Origin: Macrostomum lignano
Taxonomy: Eukaryota
DNA: 64,000 bases
Direction: 5' to 3'
Assembly: GCA_002269645.1 (NCBI GenBank)
Contig: NIVC01001868.1
Location: 1-64,000, forward strand
The notes under the pieces are model-generated. The model had not been told where the DNA came from. It worked only from the letters and a program-made list of their open reading frames with translations, and ran no database searches. Position 1 is the first letter of the stretch, and each line of letters starts with the position of its first letter. This document shows positions 36,655 through 49,818 of this stretch, piece after piece. The position numbers and the translations under genes were made by a program.

Positions 36655-38269
36655 AGGCCGATATTTCGTATTGTTCACTATGGAAAAGTGTAACGTTAAA
36701 ATAATGGCTCGCGAACAACTAATCCGTGCAAATATGTAACCCATCATCTTAAGCCGCGGTGACTTTAACTGGCGGGCCACGTGATCCATATAATAATATA
36801 ATTATTCAACGGTAAGTAAGTACGCTCGTTTTATTGTATTAAGCAGGTTGCGTTACTTACATAATGCAAAGTTAGTTAAAACGAAATTTAAGTTTTATGA
36901 AATACTTGTGCTTTTTTGTTTTTAATTGTAATAAACTACTATAGCCAAAAGTTAGTTAAATGAGACGCTTTTGTTTAACTGAGCTAAATTTAAGACAAAA
37001 TAAAACGTTGTTGTTAATGACTCAATATTGATCAATAATAGAAAACAAAAACCGAAAGGTCGTTCAAGGGCCAAGGTTGCCTTTGTTTTTAACTAGAAAA
37101 CTGAAATTGGTAGAAGAATAGAAGTTAAATTAAGTGGCCCATTTATATAATATTACAGCTACTTATGGATTTTTATAGGTTTTTACTGCCTTTCGTGTAT
37201 TCTAGTTTTGCCATTTTTATACATTAGGCCTCTACCTAAACGAATTAATATTATTAAGGTAACTCACTTATTTATTGAAATTTTTGTTGTTGTTTGGCAC
37301 GGAGGCATAACCAGTAGCTAGCTATAGTCTAAAATCATAAAAATAGTCTCTTAAATTGGATTTAGCATGCATGGTTGATGAAATATTGGCAAACAAGAGG
37401 ATTGCCGATTGTCAAAATATTTATGCGTTTGTGCCATGAACAATTATGCATTAGTTATGCATTATACATAATGAGTATGGCATAGGAATAGGATAGGAGT
37501 AAGACAAGGGTTGAGGTTGATTCTTAGTTGGTTCCACTTCCAGTAGTAAGTAGTTTTCCCTTAGGTTTATCAAACCAAGTCTGAGGCATGGACTTGCCTT
37601 GCCCATACATTGAACTAATTTTTAAACTAGGCATATAGGTATAAAATACATTCATTTTTTTATTTTAATAGGCCTAAAACAGAGACTGTTAGGTGCCATG
37701 CCTAATAGTAATAAAATTATAAAAGAATACTAGCACTAATAATATATAATTTTTGTTGCTATTTTATTTTTAATTTGAATTTATGGCTGAACTAGGGCCT
37801 AACAATATTTAGCCTTTTTAATTAGGTCTAGATTTTCTTACTTTTGGAAATGCAAAAACCTATTATAATACTAAATAACCTATGTAACAGTATTGACCTA
37901 ATTTCAAATCTTAATAATGCTACTAGATTGTTATCCAAGATAGAATTCTTGCATAAAAGTTGTTACACATTTATGTATGCTTGTCAAATTTGTGTGCACT
38001 TGCACACTGAAAAAAGGCTCACTTGCATGCTCTTAAAGAAGGTATGTGTGTGCTTATATGCACTTGTGTAAAAAGCTATTTGCTGCAAAATCATATATAG
38101 GCTTTGACTTTTATATATATACAACATGGTTATATGCGCTTAAGTTCTTCTATTAGGCCTATTACTGGGTTTTTTTTTTCGCCAGAGATAAGGTGCGAAA
38201 TCGCACCTTGTGCCAAATTTCAAGGTGCGATTTTAAGGCTCAGAGTGCAATTTCTCTTGAGTCTTGTTT

Positions 38270-40760
38270 AGAATGTGAGGGTTTCACGAGAGATATTCAG
38301 ACAGACATTCGAAACGATTGTCTGTAACTTTAAACAAAATTGACCCGCTTCAACCATCTTTTTGGCAAATACTTACGCAAGTGTTGGGCGTCGAATAAGC
38401 TTTAATTTATTAACTGAAGTAAAAATCCTTCTGACATACATTGATTTAAAAATTGCTTAGCAACACTAGCTCTGATTAGAAATTGCTTTAGTGTTGACTA
38501 AAATTGTTTTGATCGTAGCAGCCTAAAAGCAGATACTGGATTTAAAAATGCTTCGATTTACTCTATACGCATGTCTCAGCTTTAAAATGACACCTCAGGC
38601 GTCGCAAAAGACAGCTTTGATGCTGAGATATTCGACACTAAACATGCATTGCTTTGCGCAATCTCACATTCAGAAATTTCACTGATTTTTTGTCGATATT
38701 TGTGCAGTTGCCGTGTCCTTGTTTTTCATCAGAAACTTGTCAAATTCTAGTCATGTCCAGTTTAAACCTGGACTTCTCTTAAACTGTCTTAAGTATTTGA
38801 TTTTTAATGATTCCTGCCTTTATATTGCATAGATTGTACCTGAGTCAGTGAGTCTGTGAGTGTACATTTGTACATATGGCAACCAATCATGACTTTTTCA
38901 CCGCTTTGTGGTTCAAATAAATATACGAGTGTACGAGAAACATGTTCCAACTGTTATTGAGAGAAATGGACGTCGCGTTTATTAACAGTCAGTGGCAATT
39001 AATATGAAGCAAATAGTTTATTGTTATGTTTTTACTTTTTTTGCGTGGCAATTCTTCTATCCAAATCGGAATGAGGTAAGCGGTGGGAATAAAATAAAAA
39101 GGAAGAATTTTTTCTACTGTTGTTGCAACCCAATAGCTATATGTACTTCAAACTTTTTAGATTGAACTGGCGATTTCTAATGTACTGCTAAGCTTTCCAA
39201 TCCCTACGGACTACAGTAGCAGTTCTTAACTTTTTTCTGTCTTGACTTCTAGACTCGGAATTCGGAACAACCTAAGGAGCCGCATGAAAATATTTAATTG
39301 GATAAAGATATTTTCTAAAAACAGCTCAAGTCGTGACACATCTTCTTCTCACCTCAGTCCATCAACTGCTGCTCCTTCTGAGACCAAAGCAATCGTGAAA
39401 GTAAAACAGATCAGTTTAGATCCCATGGCCATGAATACAACCATTTCAATTGTGAACCTGCTTCGCTTACAAGTATGAGCACTAGCCTTCCATTTGATGC
39501 CATTAGCTCACTTAACTCTGAAATAGTTCAAGGACGGTTCCAAATGTTGAGATCTGACGTAGAAGCAGTCCAATTTGTGGAAATTTATCAACTGGACTCC
39601 ATGAATCACTCCAATGAAAGGCGGCGAATAGCTGCAGAATGCGTAAACAAGTTTAAGTGAGTCACAAAAACCCCATTTACTGTAACTACATACACTTGTA
39701 CGTTAGCAAGGCTCCATGCGATGGTTAATAAATGGAGAAGTAGACAAGCATCTGAACAAATATTGAATAAAAATCAGTGAAGTTTCCGAATGTGAGTTTG
39801 AGCAAAGCAACGTTTAGTGTCGAATATCTCAGCATCAAAGCTGTCTTTTGCAATGCCTGAGGTGTCATTTTAAAGCTGAGACATGCGTATAGACATGACT
39901 AGAATTTGACAAGATTCTGATGAAAAACAAGGACATGGCAACTGCACAAATATCGACAAAAAATCAGTGAAATTTCTGAATGTGAGATTGCGCAAAGCAA
40001 TGCATGTTTAGTGTCGAATATCTCAGCATTAAAGCTGTCTTTTGCGACGCCTGAGGTGTCATTTTAAAGCTGAGACATGCGTATAGAGTAAATCGAAGCA
40101 TTTTTAAATCCAGTATCTGCTTTTAGACTGCTACGATCAAAACAATTTTAGTCAACAGTAAAGCGATTTCTAATCAGAGCTAGTGTTGCTAAGCAATTTT
40201 TAAATCAATGTATGTCAGAAGGATTTTTACTTCAGTTAATAAATTAAAGCTTATTCGACGCCCAACACTTGCGTAAGTATTTGCCAAAAAGATGGTTGAA
40301 GCGGGTCAATTTTGTTTGAAGTTACAGACAATCATTTTGAATGTCTGTCTGAATGGGTCTCCCTAAAACACGCCCGCACCGCCCTGCAGCGCTACACATT
40401 AAAACAAATTGGACTATAACTAAAGACACTTCAGAATGCGTTTTCTGTTAAGCTTCAAGTTTTTATTAAATTTAGTTTTTTTACTTTGAAATATAAAATT
40501 CGGTGAACAATAAGTGATATTAATAATAATATTAATAAAATAATAATATTATAATTAAATAATGAAAACGAGAATATAAAAAATAATAATATTTAAAAAA
40601 ATAAATAAAGATATTTATTCCATTACTATTTTAACTTTTCCTTGCAATCAAATACTGCATTGACAAAAATGTTATAATGTGTAGCAGTTCGGGGCCCGGT
40701 GCGGGGCGTGTTTTAGGGAGCCTTTGTCTGAATATCTCTTGTGAAACCCTCACATTGCTC
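38270..40760. mobile_element. Long inverted-repeat (foldback-like) structure nested inside the hAT-like element
   Basis: The arm 38270-38757 is a near-identical reverse complement of 39893-40354 plus 40734-40760. A further partial arm copy lies at about 39770-39893. Confidence 0.85.
40355..40724. mobile_element. 370-bp MITE with 9-bp TSD (MULE-like) inserted in the right foldback arm
   Basis: TIR ctccctaaaacacgccc(c)gcaccg at both ends. TGTCTGAAT is duplicated at 40346-40354 and 40725-40733; the left arm shows the empty site. Confidence 0.88.
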
Positions 40761-42084
40761 ACATTTCAGACAACTGGGAATGTATATTTTAATATCTTAC
40801 ATAAGGCTATAGCTATAGGCTATATCGCCTATATGACTTAATAGGATTTAAAGAGTTATTTTGTTTCATATTTTAAGGCAGTGCATAAAAAATAGCTTAA
40901 GCATGGTTAAGCCTTTAAAGAAAAATGGTTATAAGACCGCACCTAAACCGCACCTACTTTTTTAATTTCAGGGTGCGATTTTAAAATTTAGGGTGCATAC
41001 GCACACTCTGCGCACAAAAAAAAAAACCCTGGCCTATTAGGTCCAGAAGATTGCTTTTATGCTGGAAAATTCTAAAACAAAAGTAAAACAAAGAATAATA
41101 ATTTTAGAAAAAACAGTTGCTTTTAAGTTTTGTGAAACTCTTATAATTTTTAAAGAATATTTTCTCTAAAAAATATGGCATTCAAGCTATTTGCATAGCA
41201 TGGATTTGAAAAAAACTAGAATTTTCATTCTAGCATTATGGCCCTACTAGCCAGGCTGCCATGATCTACACTATAGCCTAATTCTAGCTGACATGCACTT
41301 GCATGTTGCTAAAAAAATGTACGCACACATTTTCATTTCCCCAAATAAGAATTCTATCCTGGGTTATAATAGGGCCATTTTATATTAAAATATTCTATTA
41401 CTATTATCAAGTTGTGCATAGCCATAGGTATTGTTTTTCTCTCTTTACTTATCTAGGATCAAATGGTCACAGCTTATACTTTAGTAGATATTTTGCCTTG
41501 AGAAAGTTCTTAGATTTTAAATCTATATATTACTGCTATCTAGTAAATGTTCTGATTTTAGGTGATTTCTTAGATTTTGAATCTAGAAATTATTATTCTT
41601 GATTTTATTAGATGTTCTACCTTTAAATATATTATTATTAAGGTGATTTCTTAGTTTCTAAATCTAAATATTAATTCTCCCAAACTTTGGAGATTTGTTA
41701 TCTTCTAAAACCAGGATAGAAGAAATATTGCTTGGTCCTTTTACATTATAAACTTGAAAGAGGAAAAAGAGAATTTTTCTTGTTGGCAGCCTGTATTGAA
41801 ATATTTATAAAGTTTTCTCAATGCTAGTTTAAAAAAGTGCACAATTTCAAATATGATTTTTTTCTAAGACATTTAAAATACAAAAAGCATACTGCAGTTA
41901 GAATATATTTGTTGATTTATTTAATTATTAAAATAAAGTATAATTATAATTATAAATAAAAACGATAGTAGTTTATAGTTATACTTATAGATTAATAGTA
42001 CTTAATGTGATAGCACTATCCAAGTTGGCCTATGTAACTTAAATTTGAAATTAGCACCCTCAAAAACCTTTATTAAGCCAAAAT

Positions 42085-42258
42085 CAATGGCACAGCCAGA
42101 AATTTATTTTTGGGAGGGGCCATTCAGTACCCAGAGGAAGGGGTATAGGAAAGTGGGTTTTTTTCACTGGAATTTCAGGGGAGGGGCAATTTTTTCTTCA
42201 GAATTTTTGGGAGGAGGCCCAGGCCCCCTGCCCCCCCCCCTCCCTGGCTATGCCACTG
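42085..42258. mobile_element. 174-bp hAT MITE with perfect 8-bp TSD
   Basis: TIRs caatggcacagccag and ctggctatgccactg. GCCAAAAT is duplicated at 42077-42084 and 42259-42266. Confidence 0.9.
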
Positions 42259-43292
42259 GCCAAAATCAGGATTTTATTAAAACTGGATCAATTTGTAATA
42301 TATATATTACAATGTCTATATCCATTTATTAAAATGCTTTGTTATAAAGTTTCCTTATAATGTAAATGTTTAAACTTTTAAAGTAGCATTTCCTATAGTA
42401 TTATAATATTGACTATTTTAGTTAATTTATCAAATGCTTTCTATATAACTTATCATTTGGATTTGACTTTGTAATCTTGTATTCTTAGTAAATTAATTTG
42501 TAAAGCAAGTTTAATTAAAACTATTTTAGGTTATTTAAGTATTAAATTGATTTTTGCTTGCAAAAATATGATCTTGCTTAATTAAAAAATGAATATTTTC
42601 CAATTTCAAAATATTTATATGCTAGATATTCTGTTTCTGTTTCTATTATCCCAAAATTCTAGCATCTAATATCATGTGAACTAGGATATTAGTTACAATC
42701 CAACCTCTTGTAACTAATTTTGGCTGTAGTATAGTATAGTTCTAAAGGCATACATGCCCAACACATGGCCTATTTGTCCAGTTGGCAAGAGGTCTGGCCA
42801 AGGTAAGTTGCAAAAATGGCGACCTACTTCAAAAATTGGACAAAAAGAGGGGAAGAAAGAAAAAAAGGCAAGAGAGGAGCGAAAAGGAGAGACAGGGAAG
42901 GAGAAAACAAAGAGAAAGAAGCAAAAACAGAGACCATGTTGCAGCCAAAGGCAACTAAGTTGCATTGCCTGGGTAAAATTTCAAAGTTAGGCATGTATAA
43001 CTAAATGTGCCAATTATTAAGTAGTCTGAGTAGTTGCAGCTATTATAGCTACATATGTGTAGAAGGCTATCAGTCCTAGTCATTGAGTCACTGACTTCAC
43101 TGACTAATATGCTAGAGTCTAGAGAGAACTTAGTTAGGGCTAATTTTAGACCTCACCAACCAAGGTCTTACCTCATATTGAATCTCAACGACATCTTGAC
43201 CAGTTGTAAAGTCAGGATTAACTATTAATAGAAATAAGCTAGAAACCAAACCTTAAACATAATAAGCATCATTGCTAAAAAAAGTTGCAGAG

Positions 43293-46200
43293 ATGGCATC
43301 GGCAGCTGCAGATTCTGTGGGCAGAAAGTCCTCAGCTCTAGCTCTTCCCGCCAACAATGGCTCAAGCGACCAGGAGCAGCCCGAGGAGATCTCTCTGCTG
43401 TACGCCGGCTCTCCGCCTCCCGTCATCGCCTCTCCGCCGGACACGCCGGAATCTTCGTCGGCTTCCGGGCCGGAGACCTCAGCCGAGGAGCTTCGGCGAC
43501 GTCGCCAGCGAGTGCAGCTGGCCGACAGTCTGGCCGCCTCCTATCCGTCGGCCTCGCTGTCGCGGGCTCTGCGCGACGTGCCCGGAGCTGAAGCTATCGA
43601 AGCTGGCGAAGCCAACAAGCTGGAGCCAACGATCTCGCTGGCGTCAGCGGAGGCTGTGCAGCAGCAGCAGCCGGTGCTGTCCAGAAGCTGCTACGCCAGT
43701 TTGCGCGGCTCGCCAAGCGGTGACAGCGAGCTGGCCGACTTCGACTGGCTGGTGAGTTTGAAGCCGTCGCCAGCTGGCCTGCTGTGCTGCGATCCCATCG
43801 ATGCTGAGCCACCGCCGTTGCAGCAGCAGCAGCAGCAGCAGTCAGCTGAAGACAGCGCGTCAACGGTGGCGGCAGCGGCCGCCGCAGCTTCCAACGATGC
43901 ACCGTCGCCGTTATGCGCCACGCTGCGCGCGCTGAGCGGCGATTACGATCCCCAGGCCGACCGGCTGATGAAGCCGCCCTATTCGTTCTCCTGCCTAATC
44001 TTTATGGCGCTGGAGGCTTCGCCAGACAAATGCCTGCCAGTTAAGAAGATCTACCAATGGATTGAGGACAATTTTCCCTACTACCGGCACGCCAACAACG
44101 GTTGGAAGAATTCCGTTCGGCACAATTTGTCGTTGAATAAAAGTTTCACCAAGGTGTTCCGCGACGTGAGTATGCTTTTTTCTTCGATAATTGAATTTGG
44201 TTGTTTGTTGCCAAGGCATGATTCCAGTATTTAGTGAGAAAAGGGGGTGTGAACTATAGAGTCAAAATTGAGCCCGAAGCATTCGGTCCCGGTTTCTCTA
44301 ATCCAATACCTTCATTTGGAGCTTCAAATGCACGCAGAATAGAAGCGATAGTTATGATACTATGTAATGTTATGCCCCCATTATGTTATCTCTTAATAAT
44401 GTTGACAAGTAGGTTATCCTCCCACCCCAGCACTCTGTGTTTCCCCGCCTTGATGGAGGTATAAATAGCCTCAAGATGGGGTGTTTGTATCACATATTTT
44501 ATAGACGATAGCGGGAGCTGTTTGGCTTCAAATGAAGGAATTGGATTAGAGAAACCGAGATTGAATGTTTTGGGCTCAATTTTGACTTTGCCTCAGATTT
44601 TTGCCTGCCTGCTCAATTCTGTATTTTTTTGGTTCGTCTGAAAAATCGTTGAAAAAGAGTTGAAGGTCAAAGCCTTGTTGTACGTTCTTCTGTTCTGTGA
44701 TGGGTAAAGATAAGTCTTACCGAATATCAAACCCGGAAATTACGAAGAACAAAACATAATAACAAATCTTGAATTTAAAAAAAAATAATTTATTGTGTTG
44801 CTTCTGTTATTGTTATGAACGCGCGGTAAAATACAGCTTTAGCTTAGTTGAATAATTTGTGTTGTCCGAAGTGTTATAAAACCGTTCGCTTTGAAAACTG
44901 TTTTTTTATTAATTCTACAATGAAATTTGCTCATCTGCGCTCAGGTGGCCGATTGCGATTCTGCAGCCGAGGATGAAGAGGTTTGCACTTGCACACCAGT
45001 AGCTCATGTGCTGTGCCCTGTGTTACTTCTAATCTTATTTTAACACAGCTCTTGTGCTGCTTTTCTATTTAGCGTCTTTTTATATTTACAAACCTCTCTG
45101 GTAGCTTTCAATCACTGATACCGAGCTAAACTCTGAGATTCCCTATTTTTTCTGTGCAATCTATGCCCTGTTCAGTACTATATAGCGCTAGCGCCCCTTG
45201 ACATCCTAATTTGGCGCCCCTTGACATCCTAATTTGGCGCCCCTTGACATCCTAATTTGGCGCCCCTTGACATCCTAATTTGGCGCCCCTTGACATCCTA
45301 ATTTGGCGCCCCTTGACATCATAATTTGGCGCCGCTTGACACCCTAATTTGGCGCCGCTTGACACCCTAATTTGGCGCCGCTTGACACCCTAATTTGGTG
45401 CCCCTTGACATCATAATTTGGCGCCCCTTGACATCATAATTTGGTGCCCCTTGACATCATAATTTGGCGCCGCTTGACACCCTAATTTGGTGCCCCTTGA
45501 AACCCTAATTTGGTGCCCCTTGACACCCTAATTTGGTGCCCCTTGACATCCTAATTTGGCGCCCCTTGACATTCTAATTTGGCGCCCCTTGACACCCTAA
45601 TTTGGCGCCCCTTGACACCCTAATTTGGCGCCCCTTGACACCCTAATTTGGCGCCGCTTGACACCCTAATTTGGCTCCCCTTGACATCATAATTTGGCTC
45701 CCCTTGACACCCTAATTTGGCGCCCCTTGACATCCTAATTTAACGCCGCTTGACACCCTAATTTGGTGCCCCTTGAAACCCTAATTTGGTGCCCCTTGAA
45801 ACCCTAATTTGGTGCCCCTTGAAACCCTAATTTGGTGCCCCTTGAAACCCTAATTTGGTGCCCCTTGAAACCCTAATTTGGTGCCCCTTGAAACCCTAAT
45901 TTGGTGCCCCTTGACACCCTAATTTGGTGCCCCTTGACATCCTAATTTGGCGCCCCTTGACATTCTAATTTGGCGCCCCTTGACACCCTAATTTGGCGCC
46001 CCTTGACACCCTAATTTGGCGCCCCTTGACACCCTAATTTGGCGCCGCTTGACACCCTAATTTGGCTCCCCTTGACATCATAATTTGGCTCCCCTTGACA
46101 CCCTAATTTGGTGCCCCTTGACATCATAATTTGGCGCCCCTTGACATCCTAATTTAACGCCGCTTGACACCCTAATTTGGTGCCCCTTGAAACCCTAATT

Positions 46201-49200
46201 TGGTGCCCCTTGAAACCCTAATTTGGTGCCCCTTGAAACCCTAATTTGGTGCCCCTTGAAACCCTAATTTGGTGCCCCTTGAAACCCTAATTTGGTGCCC
46301 CTTGAAACCCTAATTTGGTGCCCCTTGAAACCCTAATTTGGTGCCCCTTGAAACCCTAATTTGGCGTCCCTTGACACCCTAATTTGGCGCCCCTTGAAAC
46401 CCTAATTTGGTGCCCCTTGAAACCCTAATTTGGCGCCGCTCGACACCCTAACTTGGTGCCCCTTGACACCCTAATTTGGTGCCCCTTGACACCCTAATTT
46501 GGCGCCACGACACCCTAATTTGGTGCCCCTTGAAACCCTAATTTGGTGCCCCTTGACACCCTAATTTGGTGCCCCTTGACACAATAAAATTGGTGACTTT
46601 TGCAGTGGCGCCACTTGAGACCCTAAAGTGCCATCTATGATGGCTTTTAGCGCCTATTTCTTCAAGTAGCGCCTTCGTGACTCTGTGATATACGCGAATT
46701 GAGTGCCTGCTCTAACAGAATTATTGGCTTTGACAGCCAGTTACAATGACCCTCTGACCGAATCGTATAACAATGATTTAATTGCTTATGATTTTTTTAA
46801 TCACTGTTCTTGCAAATATATTTGGCAAATTCTAGACTTTCTAGTGCTAACTCTTCACAAAAAAGCCGCAGGTTGGCTTTTGTTTGTTAGGCTTCATTTA
46901 AAAAATGGAAATACCAGCTGACTGACCTCGCGGCTACGCGAAGCATTGCGTACGATTCTATTTTTAGTATATGGACTAGCTCGGAAATAAGGAAAACCAG
47001 CTCGTCTTCTGTGTGTCTCTCTTTATCTCTGGTTTTAGTTGACTTGAACTTAGTCTGTCTATCTTGTATTTTCTATATACCTGCTTACGGCTGTTTTATA
47101 TTATAGGAATAGCAAAATTAATGTACTCAAAAATGACGCAACATTCTATAGTTTGTTAGGATTTTTTTCACACTTTGTAGATTTGCTCATTTTTATGTAA
47201 TAGACATTTTCTCCGTTCAAGCTTGCCGCCTAACCTTTCATTGCGAAGGTATTAATTATATAAGCTACTAATAGTAGAACTAATTGCGCATTATCAATTC
47301 CGCATTAACAATCAGGTGTCAATCAAAGGCTCCCTGTGGACAGTGGATCCCATGGCCAGGGCCGGCATGCTTCAGGCGTTAAAGAAGACGCCTTATCATC
47401 CGTTTGCTCAGGTGCAGATGTACTGCACAGCTGGGACTCTTTATAAAACTGGCGCCAGCGGTGGCCGCGAGCGTCAGCAGCAACAGCAGCAGCAGCAGCT
47501 TCAACAGGCTGCTGGCTCTGTCGCGTCCGCCACCTCGGCTGTCCCGGCCACTACGCTGGGCCGCCTGCGCTACAGCGGCCTGCTGGGAACCGCACTGCTA
47601 GCCGCCGCCGCGGCAGCTGCCAATCCCGGCGCTACGCCATCTGGCGCCGATGCTTCGTCGCCAGCCGCTGCTGACGCTGGAGCTTGCGGTTCCGGTCACC
47701 AGGAAGCCAGTGCCGCCGCCGCTGCTGCACCCGACGATGCTCCATCGGCGACAACATCAGCAGCGGCAACTCCAACTCCGACGCTGCATCAGTATCATCC
47801 GCATGTTAACAGCTTCCGCGGTGTACAGACTCCTCGCGTGAAGTTGGAGCTGTTCGACCCCGCCAGCTCGGCTGCTGGTGGCACGGCTGGCGTCGCCAAG
47901 GAGGCCTCTGACGAGGACGCCTGCAACGGTGGCGTCGAGCGTCAGCAGGCGGGTCGAACTCCGCGCAAGCAGGACCTGGTGCCGTCTGCGCATCTCTATC
48001 CGTTTCTGGCGGCTAAGATGCGACGCCTGGTGCACTTGTTAGGCGATCAGGTGAGAGTCAGCGATGCTTGTTTTATATAAGGACTTATGAGGCTATTTCG
48101 GCGGCCAGCGGGTCTGGCTTTTCAACTGTCAGGCCTGTACACGGCTATCCGTACCTGCTCAAAGATCAGCTGATTGGGCATAACTGCGGGTCCGACTGTC
48201 GTCTTAAAGGGCCTGTCAACTTGGGCTCATAAAGTGGAGCCCGAGTAACCTATGTACACAAATGATACGTCATTCTGCTCACAGTGACGCCAAGAAACTG
48301 GGGGGGGGGCTAACAACAAGAGCATAATTAGGGACTCGACTTTAAGAGCTTAAGTCGATATAATAGTCACTAATCATCCCATTGCTTTTTCTCCCCTATC
48401 CCAATTCTAACTCTTGTCCGTTTTTGCCGAACCCAGCTTCTTGGTGTCACTGTGAGCAAAAGACGTGTCATTTGTGTTCATAGGTTACTCGGGCTCCACT
48501 TTATGAGCTTAAGTTGACAGGCCCTTTGGCGGCAGTGTCCAAGGCCTCCCTAGTTCGTGCATAATCCATTCATCGCATCCATTCCAATGAACGCCCCGCA
48601 GGCGTCCGACCCCGACTGTCTGCAGCACGCCGACGCCAACACCGACGACGACGACGACGAAGAGGAAGATGGCTACGTTGAAGTTGAGCAGCCAGTCAAG
48701 CGGCCGCGCGGTCGGCCTCGCAAAGACAGCGCCCCGGTGTACCGGCCGCTGCCGCTGGCCAAGTCGGCCAATCGCAGGAAGAAAAATCGTCGACTTGGTG
48801 GCGGCAAATCCTCGGGAATGCCGTCAGTCAACGAACTGGTTGCCGCCGCCCAGATGACTCAGATGAAACGAGAGGCTGCCGCCACCGCTGCCGTCGCGGC
48901 CGCTTCTGCTGGTAAGCCGAAGCCGCCAAAACTGGAGCCGGCACCGGCGCCAACATCGCTGCCAGTGTCTCCGTCTCGGCTGCAGGATGCTCAGGCTCTG
49001 TGCCTAGTGTTCAAACGGGCCGCCGACGAGGCCGCTGCCACAACCGCCGCCACCGCTGCCGCCGATTCCGCTGCCGACGCCGAACAGTGCCGCCCGACTG
49101 AGGCAAAAATGCCCAAGCTGATTGCGGCCTCGCGTGCGGCGGCCGACTTGCAAGAGTCAGCGGCCGCGTGAGTAGTCGGGTGGGCTGGGGGCTCTCGGAT

Positions 49201-49818
49201 CCGCTTGCTTGGCCGGCCACCTTCACCCACATTGGCAGGTTTATTTGTCCGCCTTCACCCCACATTGGCAGGTTTATTTGGTCACCTTCACCCCACATTG
49301 GCAGGTTTATTTGTCCGCCTTCACGAACATATTGGCACACAATTAATAGCCAACCGTTATAAAATCCCAGCAGCTCGGCAGATGGAGACGAATCGGAGGC
49401 GTCCTCCTCGGCACTGGTCCGTCTGGCGCTGAATCCGTCGGCCCTGCGTGTACCCTGCGGCCCGGTCAGCCCCACCAACTCGGAGCCCGGCTCAGCCGAG
49501 CAGCAGCAGCAGCAGCAGCCAGTTCCAGCTGTTGGCCAGCAGGAATCCAAGACGCGTACAATTGGCGGTGCTCGCGTCCGGGTACTTCAATCGACTAAGT
49601 CGACTGTCGCCAATACTGCGTCGCAATTTCAGCCGATGATCTCGCTGCCGAAGCTTCATCAGCAGCAGCCTCTGCTGCAGCCGCAGCCTCAGTTGCTGTT
49701 GCAGCCGTTTCTAGCCGCGGCTTCAATGCCGGCTGTTGTTGGAGCGCCAGCAGCTCCAGCATCCACTGTTGGCGGCTCGCTCTCTCATTTTATTATTAAA
49801 CTGGCTGGCAATCGGTGA
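43293..49818 (+). CDS. FOXN3: Forkhead box protein FoxN2/3, 4 exons, about 889 aa
   Basis: Exons 43293-44165, 47316-48050, 48554-49167, 49371-49818 (2670 nt). The forkhead domain [15 protein letters not shown]...[19 protein letters not shown] is joined across intron 1 to KGSLWTVDP...[11 protein letters not shown] (FoxN2/3 signature). The start codon and exon 4 are less certain than the forkhead domain. Confidence 0.9.
44257..44590. mobile_element. MITE-like inverted repeat (about 70-bp arms) in FoxN intron 1
   Basis: gtcaaaattgagcccgaagcattcggtcccggtttctctaatccaat versus its reverse complement at about 44520-44590. No TSD found. Confidence 0.75.
45191..46582. repeat. 23-bp minisatellite in FoxN intron 1
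   Basis: Unit gg(c/t)gccccttga(c/a)accctaattt; block duplication visible (taacgccgct at 45741 and about 46156). Confidence 0.97.
48208..48525. mobile_element. MITE with about 95-bp TIRs, Kolobok-like TTAA|AGGG terminus, in FoxN intron 2
   Basis: TTAA at 48204-48207 is followed by agggcctgtcaact. The right end gttgacaggccct is followed by TTGG (possibly decayed TTAA). Confidence 0.75.
49220..49325. repeat. Three copies of a 32-33 bp unit in FoxN intron 3
   Basis: ccttcacc(c)cacattggcaggtttatttg repeated three times. Confidence 0.85.

Larger units (their letters stand above)
38165..41031. mobile_element. Non-autonomous hAT-like element with perfect 8-bp TSD
   Basis: Termini C(T)GGGTTTTTTTT... 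and ...AAAAAAAACCCTG. GCCTATTA is duplicated at 38157-38164 and 41032-41039. Subterminal ggtgcgatttt/aaatcgcacc repeats occur at both ends. Confidence 0.88.
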
